A stretch of 20,706 nucleotides of DNA, taken from the NCBI GenBank assembly GCA_051439505.1, contig JBFRWI010000128.1, positions 1 to 20,706 on the forward strand, in the 5' to 3' direction. The notes under the pieces were generated by a model, which did no database searches, was not told the DNA's origin, and worked only from the letters and a program-made list of their open reading frames with translations. Each line of letters opens with the position of its first letter. Positions within the stretch are counted from its first letter, which is position 1. The DNA is from Hormoscilla sp. Its GTDB lineage: Bacteria; Cyanobacteriota; Cyanobacteriia; Cyanobacteriales; Desertifilaceae. This document shows positions 1 to 9,766 of this stretch, piece after piece. Position numbers and translations under genes: made by a program.

Positions 1-106
1 GCGATCGCCCCCTCCTCAAGCCCGATCGCCCGCCAGGGAATAATTGTTGGCGAATAGCTTTGGTCTTACCAGGCATACACCTGTAATTATAACCTGTAGG
101 GGCGAA

Positions 107-209
107 TAAGCAATTCCAAATTCCAAATTCCAAATTCCAAATGGAGAAAGTCATTGATAGCAAGGGTTTCAGCATTTGGAACCATGCAATTTAAATGCGC
201 GACAGCTTA
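107..209. mobile_element. 103-bp MITE-like dispersed repeat, copy 1 (TA-bounded, internal AATTCCA heptamers)
   Basis: Aligns without gaps to 15419-15521 (88/103 identical by hand count; last 43 nt have one mismatch). Ends TAAGC...GCTTA form a short inverted repeat. No coding capacity. Confidence 0.7.
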
Positions 210-324
210 TCCGCAAGTGGTAGCTTAAAATTATATATTATATCATATTTTTAGCTATTGTCAAGATTACAGTTGGCCAATCTTCTATCTGATATTACCA
301 TAGATTTCTTGTGCGGACCTCGGA

Positions 325-424
325 AAAGACTAAAGTCTTTACTACAAACCTCGGCGGACCTGCCCGAAAGACTAAAGTCTTTACTACGAACCTGGGGAAA
401 GACTAAAGTCTTTACTACGAACCT
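325..424 (-). repeat. Three direct copies of a 27-bp REP-like palindrome AAAGACTAAAGTCTTTACTACGAACCT
   Basis: Copies at 325-351 (1 mismatch), 367-393 and 398-424. Each has the stem AAAGAC-TAAA-GTCTTT and reads GTAG-T-palindrome on the minus strand. Spacers are 15 and 4 nt. Confidence 0.85.
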
Positions 425-425
425 G

Positions 426-440
426 TATAATAGAGGAGAG
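426..440 (+). promoter_or_regulatory. Possible -10 box (TATAAT) and purine-rich AGGAGAG upstream of the 456 CDS
   Basis: TATAAT at 426-431, AGGAGAG at 434-440. No clear -35. Motif match only. Confidence 0.3.
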
Positions 441-455
441 TGACAAAGAAATGCT

Positions 456-1022
456 ATGACTCCAGAACAAATCGACGATACCCTCAAAGAACTCTTTGGT
501 GCCTCAGCCCAACTACGGGCCCCCGGTTCCTGGCAAGTAGATACCGAGAACCTACGCATCCTCGTGCTACTATCCAATGATACGTCTTGGCTGCGACTCC
601 TTGTCCCGATCGCGCCAGCCTCAGAAGCCCTCCCTTTTGCCCAACAGCTGCTAGAAGCTAATTTCGACGACACCCAAGAAACTCGCTATGCTATCCATCA
701 GGATGTCCTCTGGGGCGTTTACCACCATTCACGGGAACGCATTACTATCGCTGACTTTTCCGCAGCCTTAGCCCGACTCCTCTCATTACATGAAAAAGGA
801 ATATCAGAGTTTTTCAATTCACAGATCGAAGCTCGCATCCGTACTATAATTAAAGTTGCCAAGCAGCAAGGACAATCAATGTCGGGTACCCTCCAAACTC
901 TCGATCGCCTCTATGCAGAAGGCATTTTAGGCGAAATGAATGACGGACCGGAATCTCGCGAACAAGTCCTGGCAGCTTGGCGGCGGCAACTGGAACGCCT
1001 CTGGCCAGAAGTACAACCGTGA
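456..1022 (+). CDS. CesT/YbjN-like (type III secretion chaperone fold) conserved cyanobacterial protein
   Basis: 188 aa. Pattern WQV...LRILVLLS..SWLRLLVPI...LLEANFDDTQETRYAI is typical of CesT/YbjN-fold proteins, with a helical C-terminal extension. Convergent with tamB. Confidence 0.65.
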   Translation: MTPEQIDDTLKELFGASAQLRAPGSWQVDTENLRILVLLSNDTSWLRLLVPIAPASEALPFAQQLLEANFDDTQETRYAIHQDVLWGVYHHSRERITIADFSAALARLLSLHEKGISEFFNSQIEARIRTIIKVAKQQGQSMSGTLQTLDRLYAEGILGEMNDGPESREQVLAAWRRQLERLWPEVQP

Positions 1023-1028
1023 ACTATT

Positions 1029-4000
1029 TTAGAATTGAAGTTCGTACTCAATTTGGGCCCGATCGTCCCCAGAGAAATTCGTAGCCCCCCGCAAACGCAG
1101 CCCCTCGTCGATCCGATAGCGCAGACTGAACTGGGCTGGCCGATCGTCAGTGAGAATCTTTAAGATAGATGCAGAGAAACTCTCCGTGATTTTCGTGCTA
1201 GCTTCCGCACCTAACCCGAGAGGAAAAACACTAGCTTGTTGACTATTAGTCTGTTGATTTAAATTCAGGACGGGGAACAAACGTAGCGATGTTAATCCCA
1301 GTCCGTCCGCGATCGCATTTTCAATATTAGACAAAAGGGCCGTTCCTGCCAAATTAGCCAGGGCCAAGGTACCGCCCCCTGCACCCAAAGTATTCGCAAA
1401 GCCCCCGCCCAGCAGGGCGATAATTTCCGACTCGCTGCGACGGGGCGAACTGCTGAGTGTTAGGGCCTCGCCAGTTTGAATTCCAGAGGCCGGACCCTCC
1501 ACTCTCGCTTCAATTTCCACAGTTTGCGTTCCCAAACCACCCAGTACAGGGGTATCGCTAATCTCTGGAGTCTGAAAGAAGATTCCTTCGGAAGACGCGC
1601 TGGTCGCGTTAGCTTGTCTGGCCCCCGCTACTTCGGTCACGGCAGTTTCTAGGCGGATATCCAACATTGGTTCGAGTCCTTGACTGGGTCGAAACCGCGC
1701 CTTGTGTTCGTAGTTTTCCGTGAGGCGAAACTGGGTAGTATAGAGATTCACATTTCCTCGCGGTAAGAAAATGTCTCCCCCAGGACGCATGTCTTCCATT
1801 GTCCCATCGATAGTTAAATCCCCTCTGGCGCGAAAATTCATTAATCCCGGCCAGCGCAAAGACACCCGATCGCCTAAACTAATCTGCAAATTCTCCAATT
1901 CCGGCATTATGCCCACCTCTGCACTAGCAACAGGGCCGCTGGTAACTGCGGTGGTTTGTGTTTCCGCCGCCTCTGATAGGAAAATATTACCCGAAGGTAT
2001 GCTAATATTTCCCCCGATTTTCGGACTTATTGCTGTCCCACTCACCACAATCTTACCATTTACCTCCCCCGAAAAGATCTCCTGGAAGTTCAGGTCTAGG
2101 TTTTCTAGGTCGATCGTCAGGGGGTTATCCACGATGCTGAAGTTATCAATAATAGGAAGTGCGCCTGCTACCTGCAGCTGTCCGCCACTAAAGTTGCCCG
2201 ACAAGCTTTCCACCGAAATGCGATCGCCGTCAAACTTCACCCCTCCCTTCACATCCGTCACTGGTTCGGGAAACTGTTCCGTTGTTAAGATCCCATTATC
2301 GATCTCCCAACTGCCATCTATCACCGGGCGATCGACAGTTCCCCCGATCTTCACCAAGGCTAACCCATTCCCCCCTTCCCATTTTACCTGTTCCCTGCTG
2401 AGAATATTCAGCAAAGTCAGACCCTCATCGGCGACATACACCTTCAGATCCAGAACCGGACTAATAGGAGACACCGACCCCATGGGCAGTAAATTAGGAA
2501 TGCTACCCTCAATTTCCACCAATTCTGCCTCCTCTGAGCTTACCTGGGAGTTAAGCTTCAAGCTACCATTGGATAAAGAAAAACTTCCCTTTGCTTCCGA
2601 CAATGGCGTTTCATTCAGAGTCCCATCGGTCAGTCGCACTTCCCCGAATGCCCCGGGATTTTCTAAAGTCCCGGATCCCAGGGTTGCCGTCACATTTACT
2701 TTCCCTGTAATATCGACAGGCAACTTTTGGGGCACGAATCTTTCGATCAATTCTACAGGAATATTTACCAGGCGCAGTTGACCTGATTGTTGCCGATCGC
2801 CTAACAGTCCGTTAAATGCTAGCAAGGTTTCGTCTGAGGAAATTCTTACTGGCAGTATGGTCAGCAGATTATCTGCCCAATTACCTTTCAGAACAATTTT
2901 GTTTAAATCATATTCTCTCCATTTCCATGCTTCTGTACTCTCAAGATCGAAATTCACTACAATTCCCCTATCCCGTACAGATGCAATATCTACAACTCCT
3001 GTAAATATACCATCTAACTCCGCAAGTTCTGGAATCGGATTAGACTCTCGATCGGAAGTCCGCCGCCGGACTAAAGTAGTAATTTCTGAGAAGCGCCGCA
3101 GTTGGGACATGACATCTCTTTTGGCTTCGCCGACGGGGAATATTTCTAACTCTACTCCCCTGGCATAGGTAGGTGCTGCTAAACCTCTGGCAATATCTGC
3201 GAAATTAAACCAATGTAAAGTTTCTAGAATCTCCTGAATGTCTCCCCGCACGATCGTTACCTTCCCATCCCCTGTCTGCGTGAGGATGTTGTATTTCCCT
3301 GCCAACGTAAATTTACTCTCACCCAGATCCAAACTAGCACTTGACAGCATCCCCAAACCTGTCCCGTACCGAAAGGTCGCTTCGAGATTCTCACCTTGCA
3401 GGTGGCCCACCCCCGGAGACTCTATATTCACCGTTCCTCCCAGACAATTTCCCTGAACGGGAGTTCCACTAAACTCATTGATACAATTTTTCAGATTAAC
3501 ATTAAAATCTCCCCACAACTTCCCTGCAAGTCTTCCGGGTGCCAATTCTGGCTGAATATTCAGTCTTCCTAACTGGAAATTATCCACATATATTAGCAGT
3601 TTCTCTCCCACAGAAATGCCCGTGGCGATCGCCTCATCCACCTTGACCGTGAAAGACTCGGGATAATAGTCTGACTTCAGTACCAAAGCAATTCGATCTT
3701 CATTTCCTTTCAGGTCTATCCTGACTCCGGAACCTACTCCTGCTATAACGGGACCGGACAGCAATGGCTCGAAAGTTATATCCTGCGATCTCAAACCCCC
3801 CACCCACAAATTGCCATCTATCCTGGGAGCGATTATTTCTCCCCCGATCGCCCCTGCAAAATCCACATTTCCCCTCACTGTAACATTTTCCGCTATTGCT
3901 ACAGGTAACTCGGCCAGATTCACATCTAGCAGAGTCAAGTTTAAGTCTAATTCACTCAGAAGTGGCTCTTCTAAATTAGGTGTAATTGTACCATCGGCGC

Positions 4001-6467
4001 TCAGTCCCGGAGCCCATACCCGTTCAATTTCTATCCGATCGCCATTCCAGGCCCAGTTGGCGATCGTTGGACCTCTCTCTAACACCGGTATTGCTGCCAG
4101 CACCACCTCTCCTGAACCCTCGATATCGGCTAGAGTTTTGGCATAAACATCTCCTGCCAATGTTAACCTAGTCGATCCATAAATTCCCTGTAACTGTGAC
4201 GGTATTTCTAGCCCCAACTCAGTCAGGCGATCGACCTCCACCGCCGGGGCCTCTATCAATGCTTGCCATTGGCCATCCTTTAGTCCCCCTTGCGCCTGCA
4301 CTAAGCTATCAGCAACCCGAAGGCTACCCTCTACTGTAGCTTCAATAGTCTCGGGCCCGATCGCATCCGTTACAGACCCTGCCAACCGCACAGATCCTGT
4401 CATCCGACTCAACAGATCCGGCGGTACTTCTGGAGAAAGTTTTTCTAGATCCAGATCCTGAGTTTCCACCTTAGCTTGCCATTTTCCCGACTGCAACTGA
4501 CCCGATAAATCTACTCTTTCACCAGCAAGGAAAATGCTGCCCTTTCCCGCACCCTGGATAGTTTCCAGATCCCCAGATGCTAAAGAACCCCACGTACTCA
4601 GCGACCCCGTCACGGGAACTTGGAAATTCCCCAGCATTGGTGATATTTCTGACAAATTCCGCAAGTCTATCTGAAACAGAGATTGCCAATTATTTTGCTC
4701 CCAACTGCCCTCTAGCTTAACTATACCGCTAGCCAAACTCATTTCCGCTGTTGCTGCCGCCTTCAGAGTTTCCAGACTCATATCGTCCAGGGGACTATTG
4801 AGTTCGATCTTCGCCTTGACTGGTCCATCTAATTCCGGCGGCACTTGGGGATAAATTTTGCCAGGTTCGACTGCTGTTGCTTGGATATTTGCCTGCAAGA
4901 AACCATCTGTCATGCGGGCATTACCCTGCACCCTTCCGCCTGCTAGATTAGCAGATAAATTACCCTGAATGTCGGTGGGGGGACCAAAGATTTCCCCTGA
5001 AGCAGAAATTTCTCCGAGAGTGATGTCAGTAGAACTGATACCATAAAGTTGAGCGATCGCATCTCCTGGGAGTCTATCTAGCATAAAATCCAGGGCTATC
5101 CCCGCCAAATCTCCCAGCTTCACCTCCCCTTTAGCAGTCAGCAGGCCCCCCACCTCTGGCTGCACCTCTACTGAATCTACTAGCAGAGTATCATTAATGA
5201 ATCGTGCCCGAGCGTTAATCTCCTGAAAATTTATCTTATCGATGCGGGTTGCTTTCGTAGTTGTCAAGTTTGCCTGCACCAAGGGCGCGTCAAACCGTCC
5301 CTCGATCTTTGCCCCAATTTTCACCTCTCCTGTCGTTTCCACAGAAGAAGATACTCCCAGGGTGGATAGCATCTGTTCTAGATTTACAGGTCCTACCTGG
5401 GCTAAGACATCCAGACCCTTCTCAATATCAATTTCCCCCTGGGCGGTGACGGGAATTTTGCCCCCGTAGAGACATTTTACCTCCTCCAAAGATATCATTT
5501 TTTCCTGGAAGCGCAGCCTGCCTTGGGTCTCAGTGACATATAAAGGTGGCATTTGATTTGCCTCGGTTGATGCGTAGGTCGCTGCTATGTCCTTAAAACT
5601 GACAGTGCCATCTAGGGACGGTTGGTCATTCCGATATCTAACAGAGATGTTGCTATCTAAAATACCAGATTGGACGGTAACTGGCAAAAAATCAGAGATT
5701 AAACTGCTGAGGGGGGCGAGGGCGATCGCTTGGGTCCGCAACTGCACGTTAGCTTGCTCTTGAGTAAGCTGCACCTCTCCTTCGGCATGAAAATCACCAC
5801 CAGAGTTAAATTTACCATTGCTATCGAACCGAAAGTGTTGGTTGTTACCGAAAATGTTCAGTTGACCATTGATACTGGACAAGGTAATGGGCGATTTTTG
5901 CGAGAAGGGCACCAGAACGATTTGAGCATCTTGAATGGCTACCCGATCGGTGGTAATCTTCAGCCAAGTTTCTGCTTGTGGTTGGACGGTCAGCTTGAAC
6001 CAATTCCCCTGTTCGTCCTCCTGGAGATAAACCTCTGGTCGAATTAACTCGATCTCTAAATTGATACCGAGCGATCGCTCGGATAACATGGGTCTGAGAG
6101 CAGCATTAACTTCCACGGCCTCGGTAGCAGCAAAGGAAGCATCGGTTTCGTTCGGCGGTAAATCAGAACTGCCAAACCGCAGGCGGAAATTTCCCAGCGG
6201 TAGTTGAGGAACGATGCTTTCCAGTTGGCCCATGCGGAAGTCGCGATCGATCATGCCATCGATCGCGTCTTCGACCATCGGTGCCAACTCTTGGTGCAGC
6301 CATCTCCAGCCATACCAAGCGCCAGCACCAGCACTCGCCAGCAACAGGCATCCGAGGGTAACGGGTAGAGGACGACGCCACCACAGGAGTCTATTACCGC
6401 GACGCCCTGGCTCATCGGGCTGGGACTTGGGGTCAGGTTGGTGATTAGAGTTGGGAGAATTAGTCAT
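1029..6467 (-). CDS. tamB: Translocation and assembly module protein TamB (AsmA-like N-terminus, C-terminal DUF490)
   Basis: 1812 aa with a single N-terminal TM segment, a long Gly-rich beta-strand body, and C-terminal LTLSSSPRRSESEIIALLGG ... FSLRYRIDEGLRLRGATNFSGDDRAQIEYELQF typical of cyanobacterial TamB. Confidence 0.9.
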   Translation of the reverse strand: MTNSPNSNHQPDPKSQPDEPGRRGNRLLWWRRPLPVTLGCLLLASAGAGAWYGWRWLHQELAPMVEDAIDGMIDRDFRMGQLESIVPQLPLGNFRLRFGSSDLPPNETDASFAATEAVEVNAALRPMLSERSLGINLEIELIRPEVYLQEDEQGNWFKLTVQPQAETWLKITTDRVAIQDAQIVLVPFSQKSPITLSSINGQLNIFGNNQHFRFDSNGKFNSGGDFHAEGEVQLTQEQANVQLRTQAIALAPLSSLISDFLPVTVQSGILDSNISVRYRNDQPSLDGTVSFKDIAATYASTEANQMPPLYVTETQGRLRFQEKMISLEEVKCLYGGKIPVTAQGEIDIEKGLDVLAQVGPVNLEQMLSTLGVSSSVETTGEVKIGAKIEGRFDAPLVQANLTTTKATRIDKINFQEINARARFINDTLLVDSVEVQPEVGGLLTAKGEVKLGDLAGIALDFMLDRLPGDAIAQLYGISSTDITLGEISASGEIFGPPTDIQGNLSANLAGGRVQGNARMTDGFLQANIQATAVEPGKIYPQVPPELDGPVKAKIELNSPLDDMSLETLKAAATAEMSLASGIVKLEGSWEQNNWQSLFQIDLRNLSEISPMLGNFQVPVTGSLSTWGSLASGDLETIQGAGKGSIFLAGERVDLSGQLQSGKWQAKVETQDLDLEKLSPEVPPDLLSRMTGSVRLAGSVTDAIGPETIEATVEGSLRVADSLVQAQGGLKDGQWQALIEAPAVEVDRLTELGLEIPSQLQGIYGSTRLTLAGDVYAKTLADIEGSGEVVLAAIPVLERGPTIANWAWNGDRIEIERVWAPGLSADGTITPNLEEPLLSELDLNLTLLDVNLAELPVAIAENVTVRGNVDFAGAIGGEIIAPRIDGNLWVGGLRSQDITFEPLLSGPVIAGVGSGVRIDLKGNEDRIALVLKSDYYPESFTVKVDEAIATGISVGEKLLIYVDNFQLGRLNIQPELAPGRLAGKLWGDFNVNLKNCINEFSGTPVQGNCLGGTVNIESPGVGHLQGENLEATFRYGTGLGMLSSASLDLGESKFTLAGKYNILTQTGDGKVTIVRGDIQEILETLHWFNFADIARGLAAPTYARGVELEIFPVGEAKRDVMSQLRRFSEITTLVRRRTSDRESNPIPELAELDGIFTGVVDIASVRDRGIVVNFDLESTEAWKWREYDLNKIVLKGNWADNLLTILPVRISSDETLLAFNGLLGDRQQSGQLRLVNIPVELIERFVPQKLPVDITGKVNVTATLGSGTLENPGAFGEVRLTDGTLNETPLSEAKGSFSLSNGSLKLNSQVSSEEAELVEIEGSIPNLLPMGSVSPISPVLDLKVYVADEGLTLLNILSREQVKWEGGNGLALVKIGGTVDRPVIDGSWEIDNGILTTEQFPEPVTDVKGGVKFDGDRISVESLSGNFSGGQLQVAGALPIIDNFSIVDNPLTIDLENLDLNFQEIFSGEVNGKIVVSGTAISPKIGGNISIPSGNIFLSEAAETQTTAVTSGPVASAEVGIMPELENLQISLGDRVSLRWPGLMNFRARGDLTIDGTMEDMRPGGDIFLPRGNVNLYTTQFRLTENYEHKARFRPSQGLEPMLDIRLETAVTEVAGARQANATSASSEGIFFQTPEISDTPVLGGLGTQTVEIEARVEGPASGIQTGEALTLSSSPRRSESEIIALLGGGFANTLGAGGGTLALANLAGTALLSNIENAIADGLGLTSLRLFPVLNLNQQTNSQQASVFPLGLGAEASTKITESFSASILKILTDDRPAQFSLRYRIDEGLRLRGATNFSGDDRAQIEYELQF

Positions 6468-6656
6468 GCCATCATTATCTATAGATAGGCGAACGGAAAC
6501 GGATAGCCGTAATTGATTCGGTGGCAGAGCGACCGATGGGTCTAGATTGTTAGATTAACGCATGTGCAGTATATTGTGTGAAGAGCGGATGTCTTCGGTA
6601 GCGGCGATCGCTGTTGCCAGCATGCTCCGTAACGGTTCCATCAGCCCAGAACGCCT

Positions 6657-7097
6657 ATGCGAGTACATGTCTTACTTTTTAATGCCCGCACGGAAAATGA
6701 GGGAATTTACACAATTCAGATCCGGGGTCGCAATTATGTTCTCATGTTTGAAGATGAAGACGACGCTACCCGCTATGCCATGTTACTAGAAGCTCAAGAT
6801 TTTGGCTCTCCTACGGTAGAGGCCCTCCCGGACGACGAAGTTAAAGATTTTTGCGCCCAAGCAGGTTACGACTGGAAGTTGGTGCCCAAAAACTTTAGAC
6901 CTAGCACCCCGGAAGAACGCCTGTTGTTGGCCCCCCCAGAGACGAACCTGGAAAAAACTGACTGGGATCCTACTGCGCCCCCCGAGAGGACCGAACGCCA
7001 ACAAGCGCCTCGTTCTGGAACAGGCGGGGACGCCCGTCCGACGATGGCAGATTCAGAACTAGACCGAATTCGCCGCCAATTGGAAAAACTGCTATGA
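6657..7097 (+). CDS. DUF3110 family protein
   Basis: 146 aa. VHVLLFNARTENEGIYTI...VLMFEDEDDATRYAMLLEAQDF..P.VE and C-terminal LDRIRRQLEKLL match cyanobacterial DUF3110. ATGA overlap with murQ. Confidence 0.88.
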   Translation: MRVHVLLFNARTENEGIYTIQIRGRNYVLMFEDEDDATRYAMLLEAQDFGSPTVEALPDDEVKDFCAQAGYDWKLVPKNFRPSTPEERLLLAPPETNLEKTDWDPTAPPERTERQQAPRSGTGGDARPTMADSELDRIRRQLEKLL

Positions 7098-8008
7098 AGA
7101 ATATCCAGGACAGGGGGCATCTGTTGACCGAACAGGTCAATCCCGATAGCATTAACCTGGACCAGTTGAGTTCACTGGAATTGGTGGAACTCTTCAATCG
7201 AGAGGACGCCCGGGTGCTAACCGCGATCGCGGCAGCCTCTACCCAGTTGGCCCAAGCAATTGACCGCACGGCGGCAGCTTTGCGTCAGGGGGGGCGTCTG
7301 TTTTATGCTGGGGCCGGGACTAGCGGACGTCTGGGAGTCTTGGATGCAGCAGAATGTCCTCCCACTTTTTGCACTCACCCAGATTTGGTCCAGGGGATAA
7401 TTGCTGGCGGTGCCGGGGCCTTGGTGCGCAGTTCGGAAGCTTTGGAGGACCGGTTGGAAGATGGTATGGAGGCGATCGCCCAGCGCCATCTCACGGCCTT
7501 GGATGTGGCGATCGGGATTACTGCAGGGGGAACAACCCCTTATGTCCACGGAATTTTGCAGGGGGCCCGACAGCGAGGTGCCACCACCATCTTTATGGCC
7601 TGCGTTCCCCCAGAACAAGTTAAAATTGATGCAGACATAGATATTCGCCTCCTGGTCGGTCCCGAACTGCTGGCCGGTTCTACCAGACTCAAGGCGGGCA
7701 CGGCGACCAAAATGGCCCTGAATATCATCTCCACTGGGGTGATGGTGCAGCTGGGAAAAGTCTACGGCAATCGCATGGTGGATGTGGCCGTGACCAATCA
7801 TAAGTTACACGATCGCGCCCTCCGCATGGTTCAAGACATCACCGGTCTGGAACGGAGGGACTCGGCGGTGTTGCTGGAAAAGAGTGGACGCAATGTCAAG
7901 CTAGCTTTACTCATGCATTGGACCGGTTTAGACAAAGAAGGGGCTGCAAATCTCCTCGATCGACATGATGGTAATCTCAGAGTAGCCAAGCACAGCTTCG
8001 ATCGATAA
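7094..8008 (+). CDS. murQ: N-acetylmuramic acid 6-phosphate etherase
   Basis: 304 aa SIS-domain protein: LLTEQVNP, YAGAGTSGRLGVLDAAECPPTF, GPELLAGSTRLKAGTATKMALNIIST, GKVYGNRMVDV. Confidence 0.97.
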   Translation: MKNIQDRGHLLTEQVNPDSINLDQLSSLELVELFNREDARVLTAIAAASTQLAQAIDRTAAALRQGGRLFYAGAGTSGRLGVLDAAECPPTFCTHPDLVQGIIAGGAGALVRSSEALEDRLEDGMEAIAQRHLTALDVAIGITAGGTTPYVHGILQGARQRGATTIFMACVPPEQVKIDADIDIRLLVGPELLAGSTRLKAGTATKMALNIISTGVMVQLGKVYGNRMVDVAVTNHKLHDRALRMVQDITGLERRDSAVLLEKSGRNVKLALLMHWTGLDKEGAANLLDRHDGNLRVAKHSFDR

Positions 8009-8015
8009 AAAGTGC

Positions 8016-8044
8016 GTAGGTTGGGTGGAGATACCTTACCCAAT
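8016..8044 (+). repeat. GTAG-type REP-like palindrome downstream of murQ
   Basis: GTAG followed by GTTGGGT-(11 nt)-ACCCAAT imperfect stem, 8 nt after the murQ stop. Confidence 0.5.
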
Positions 8045-8106
8045 TGATATCGTCTTAACAAACCATTGTATAGAGAAAGGGCTCAAATAAGTCGGACGAA
8101 TTAAAA

Positions 8107-9642
8107 ATGTTTACTAATTCAGAAAATACGATAACTGGTTTAATAGTGCTAGCGGCGGCGGCAGTGTTAGTGTGGGGATTATATCGGGCGAGAAATTACG
8201 GCAAATTAGGAATATTCGCCTGGTTGCAGTCGGTGGTGCTGATGGCTCCATGGTTGCTGTTTTTTGGTCTGTTCGGACTGGGAATTTACATTAATATGGC
8301 TACAGTTCTATTCCTAATTGTAGTCTCAGCAGGATTGTACATTTATTTAGGCAATAAACTGCGAGCGGCAGGTGCGGAAACGTTACTGCAACAGCAATTG
8401 TCAGAGAAGATGTCATCCATAGAGGAGACATCAAAAGAGTCAGAAAAAGAGTTGGAAAAAACAGAGGCAGAAGCAAAAGCATCTCAGATCCAAAAAATTA
8501 TCCAGATACCCATACCGGCGGCGGATATCAAAATAATTCAGGAAATATTTGGCATTGATACATTTTTTGCCACAGAAACTATTCCCTATCAGGAAGGGGC
8601 AATCTTTAAGGGAAATCTGCGGGGAGAACCAGCGGCAGTTCACAAACGCCTCTCGGCGAAGTTGTCGGCAAAATTGGGCGATCGCTACCGTTTGTTTTTA
8701 GTGGAAAACCCCGAAGACCGTCCAGTGGCGATCGTCTTACCGAGTCGCAATGACCCCCAAACAACCACAGTCGGTCAAAAAATTCTGGCAGTTATCCTAG
8801 CATTGGCGACTATTTTTACTAGCTTGGCAGCGGGCGGTTTGCTGCAAGGGTTCGATATCTTTAGCGATTTTGGTCGTAGTGCCGAGGCCCTCCCGATCGC
8901 GATCGGCATTTGGGCAGTTTTACTAGCTCACGAAATCGGTCACAGGTACATCGCCAAGCGTTACGAAGTGCGGATCGGTTGGCCATTCTTCCTACCGATC
9001 TGGCAAATTGGCTCTTTGGGCAGCTTAAATCGTTTTGAGTCCCTGTTGCCCAATCGTCAGGCGCTGTTCGATATCGCGATCGCGGGGCCAGCAGCAGGGG
9101 GCATTCTCTCCCTCGGAATGCTAATAACGGGTTTGCTGCTTTCCCATCCGGGCAGTTTTACGTTTGGGTTTGGGTTTGAGTTCGCTCAAGTACCCTCTCA
9201 GTTCTTTCAAGGGTCGATTTTAGTAGGAACATTGGCCCGAGTGGTACTGGGTTCGGCCCTGGGGCAACAGTTGGTTGACGTGCATCTTCTGGTGATAATT
9301 GGTTGGATAGGGTTGGTGATTACGGCCCTCAACCTGATGCCAGCAGGTCAACTGGATGGAGGTCGGATCGTCCAGGCCATCTACGGACGGAAAATTGCCG
9401 GTCGCACTACCATTGCTACCCTGATTGTATTGGCGATCGCCTCTTTAGCGAACTCCTTAGCGCTCTACTGGGCCGTCTTGATAGTATTTTTGCAACGAGA
9501 TTTAGAACGTCCCAGCTTGAATGAAATTACCGAACCAGATGACCAAAGGGCAGCGTTAGCTCTGTTGGCTCTATTCTTGATGTTAGCAACTCTCATTCCC
9601 TTGTCATCAACTCTAGCTGGACGCTTAGGTATTGGCGGTTAG
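8107..9642 (+). CDS. Site-2 protease, peptidase M50 family (EGY-like membrane zinc metalloprotease)
   Basis: 511 aa, multiple TM helices, HEIGH (HExxH), IAIAGPAAG, NLMPAGQLDGG (NxxPxxxLDG). Confidence 0.93.
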   Translation: MFTNSENTITGLIVLAAAAVLVWGLYRARNYGKLGIFAWLQSVVLMAPWLLFFGLFGLGIYINMATVLFLIVVSAGLYIYLGNKLRAAGAETLLQQQLSEKMSSIEETSKESEKELEKTEAEAKASQIQKIIQIPIPAADIKIIQEIFGIDTFFATETIPYQEGAIFKGNLRGEPAAVHKRLSAKLSAKLGDRYRLFLVENPEDRPVAIVLPSRNDPQTTTVGQKILAVILALATIFTSLAAGGLLQGFDIFSDFGRSAEALPIAIGIWAVLLAHEIGHRYIAKRYEVRIGWPFFLPIWQIGSLGSLNRFESLLPNRQALFDIAIAGPAAGGILSLGMLITGLLLSHPGSFTFGFGFEFAQVPSQFFQGSILVGTLARVVLGSALGQQLVDVHLLVIIGWIGLVITALNLMPAGQLDGGRIVQAIYGRKIAGRTTIATLIVLAIASLANSLALYWAVLIVFLQRDLERPSLNEITEPDDQRAALALLALFLMLATLIPLSSTLAGRLGIGG

Positions 9643-9645
9643 TCA

Positions 9646-9743
9646 GTGGTTAGTTGTCAGTGGTTAGTGGTTAGTGGTTAGTTGTCAGTGGTTAGTTGTC
9701 AGTGGTTAGTGGTCAGTGGTTAGTGGTTAGTTGTCAGTTGTCA
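9646..9743 (+). repeat. Heptamer tandem array (STRR-like), 14 units of GTGGTTA/GTTGTCA/GTGGTCA
   Basis: Read directly. With A=GTGGTTA, B=GTTGTCA and C=GTGGTCA the order is ABAAABABACAABB. Confidence 0.97.
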
Positions 9744-9766
9744 ATCGTAATTATGGCGTGTTCTCA

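Noticed and set aside
1..76. Partial CDS at the left edge (minus MPGKTKAIRQQLF... from ATG 76, or a plus frame ending at TAG 57)
   Set aside because: Too short to decide strand or family.
325..424. Mini CRISPR array (27-bp palindromic direct repeats)
   Set aside because: Spacers are 15 and 4 nt, unequal and too short. No cas genes. Fits GTAG-type REP repeats better.
251..673. 140-aa minus ORF and 61-aa plus ORF (258-443)
   Set aside because: They read through the repeats (SKDFSL / RLKSLL periodicity), and the minus ORF overlaps the real CDS at 456.
1771..2781. 336-aa plus-strand ORF and other ORFs antisense to tamB
   Set aside because: Antisense shadows of tamB. Ser/Pro-rich with no recognisable domain.
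7217..7801. 194-aa minus ORF and small ORFs within murQ, VIT-vWA, LOX and the glycosyltransferase
   Set aside because: They fully overlap well-supported genes and have no independent evidence.
9731..9766. TTG start and 12-aa N-terminal extension of the four-helix-bundle ORF
   Set aside because: The TTG lies within the heptamer array. ATG 9767 gives the usual family length and N-terminus.
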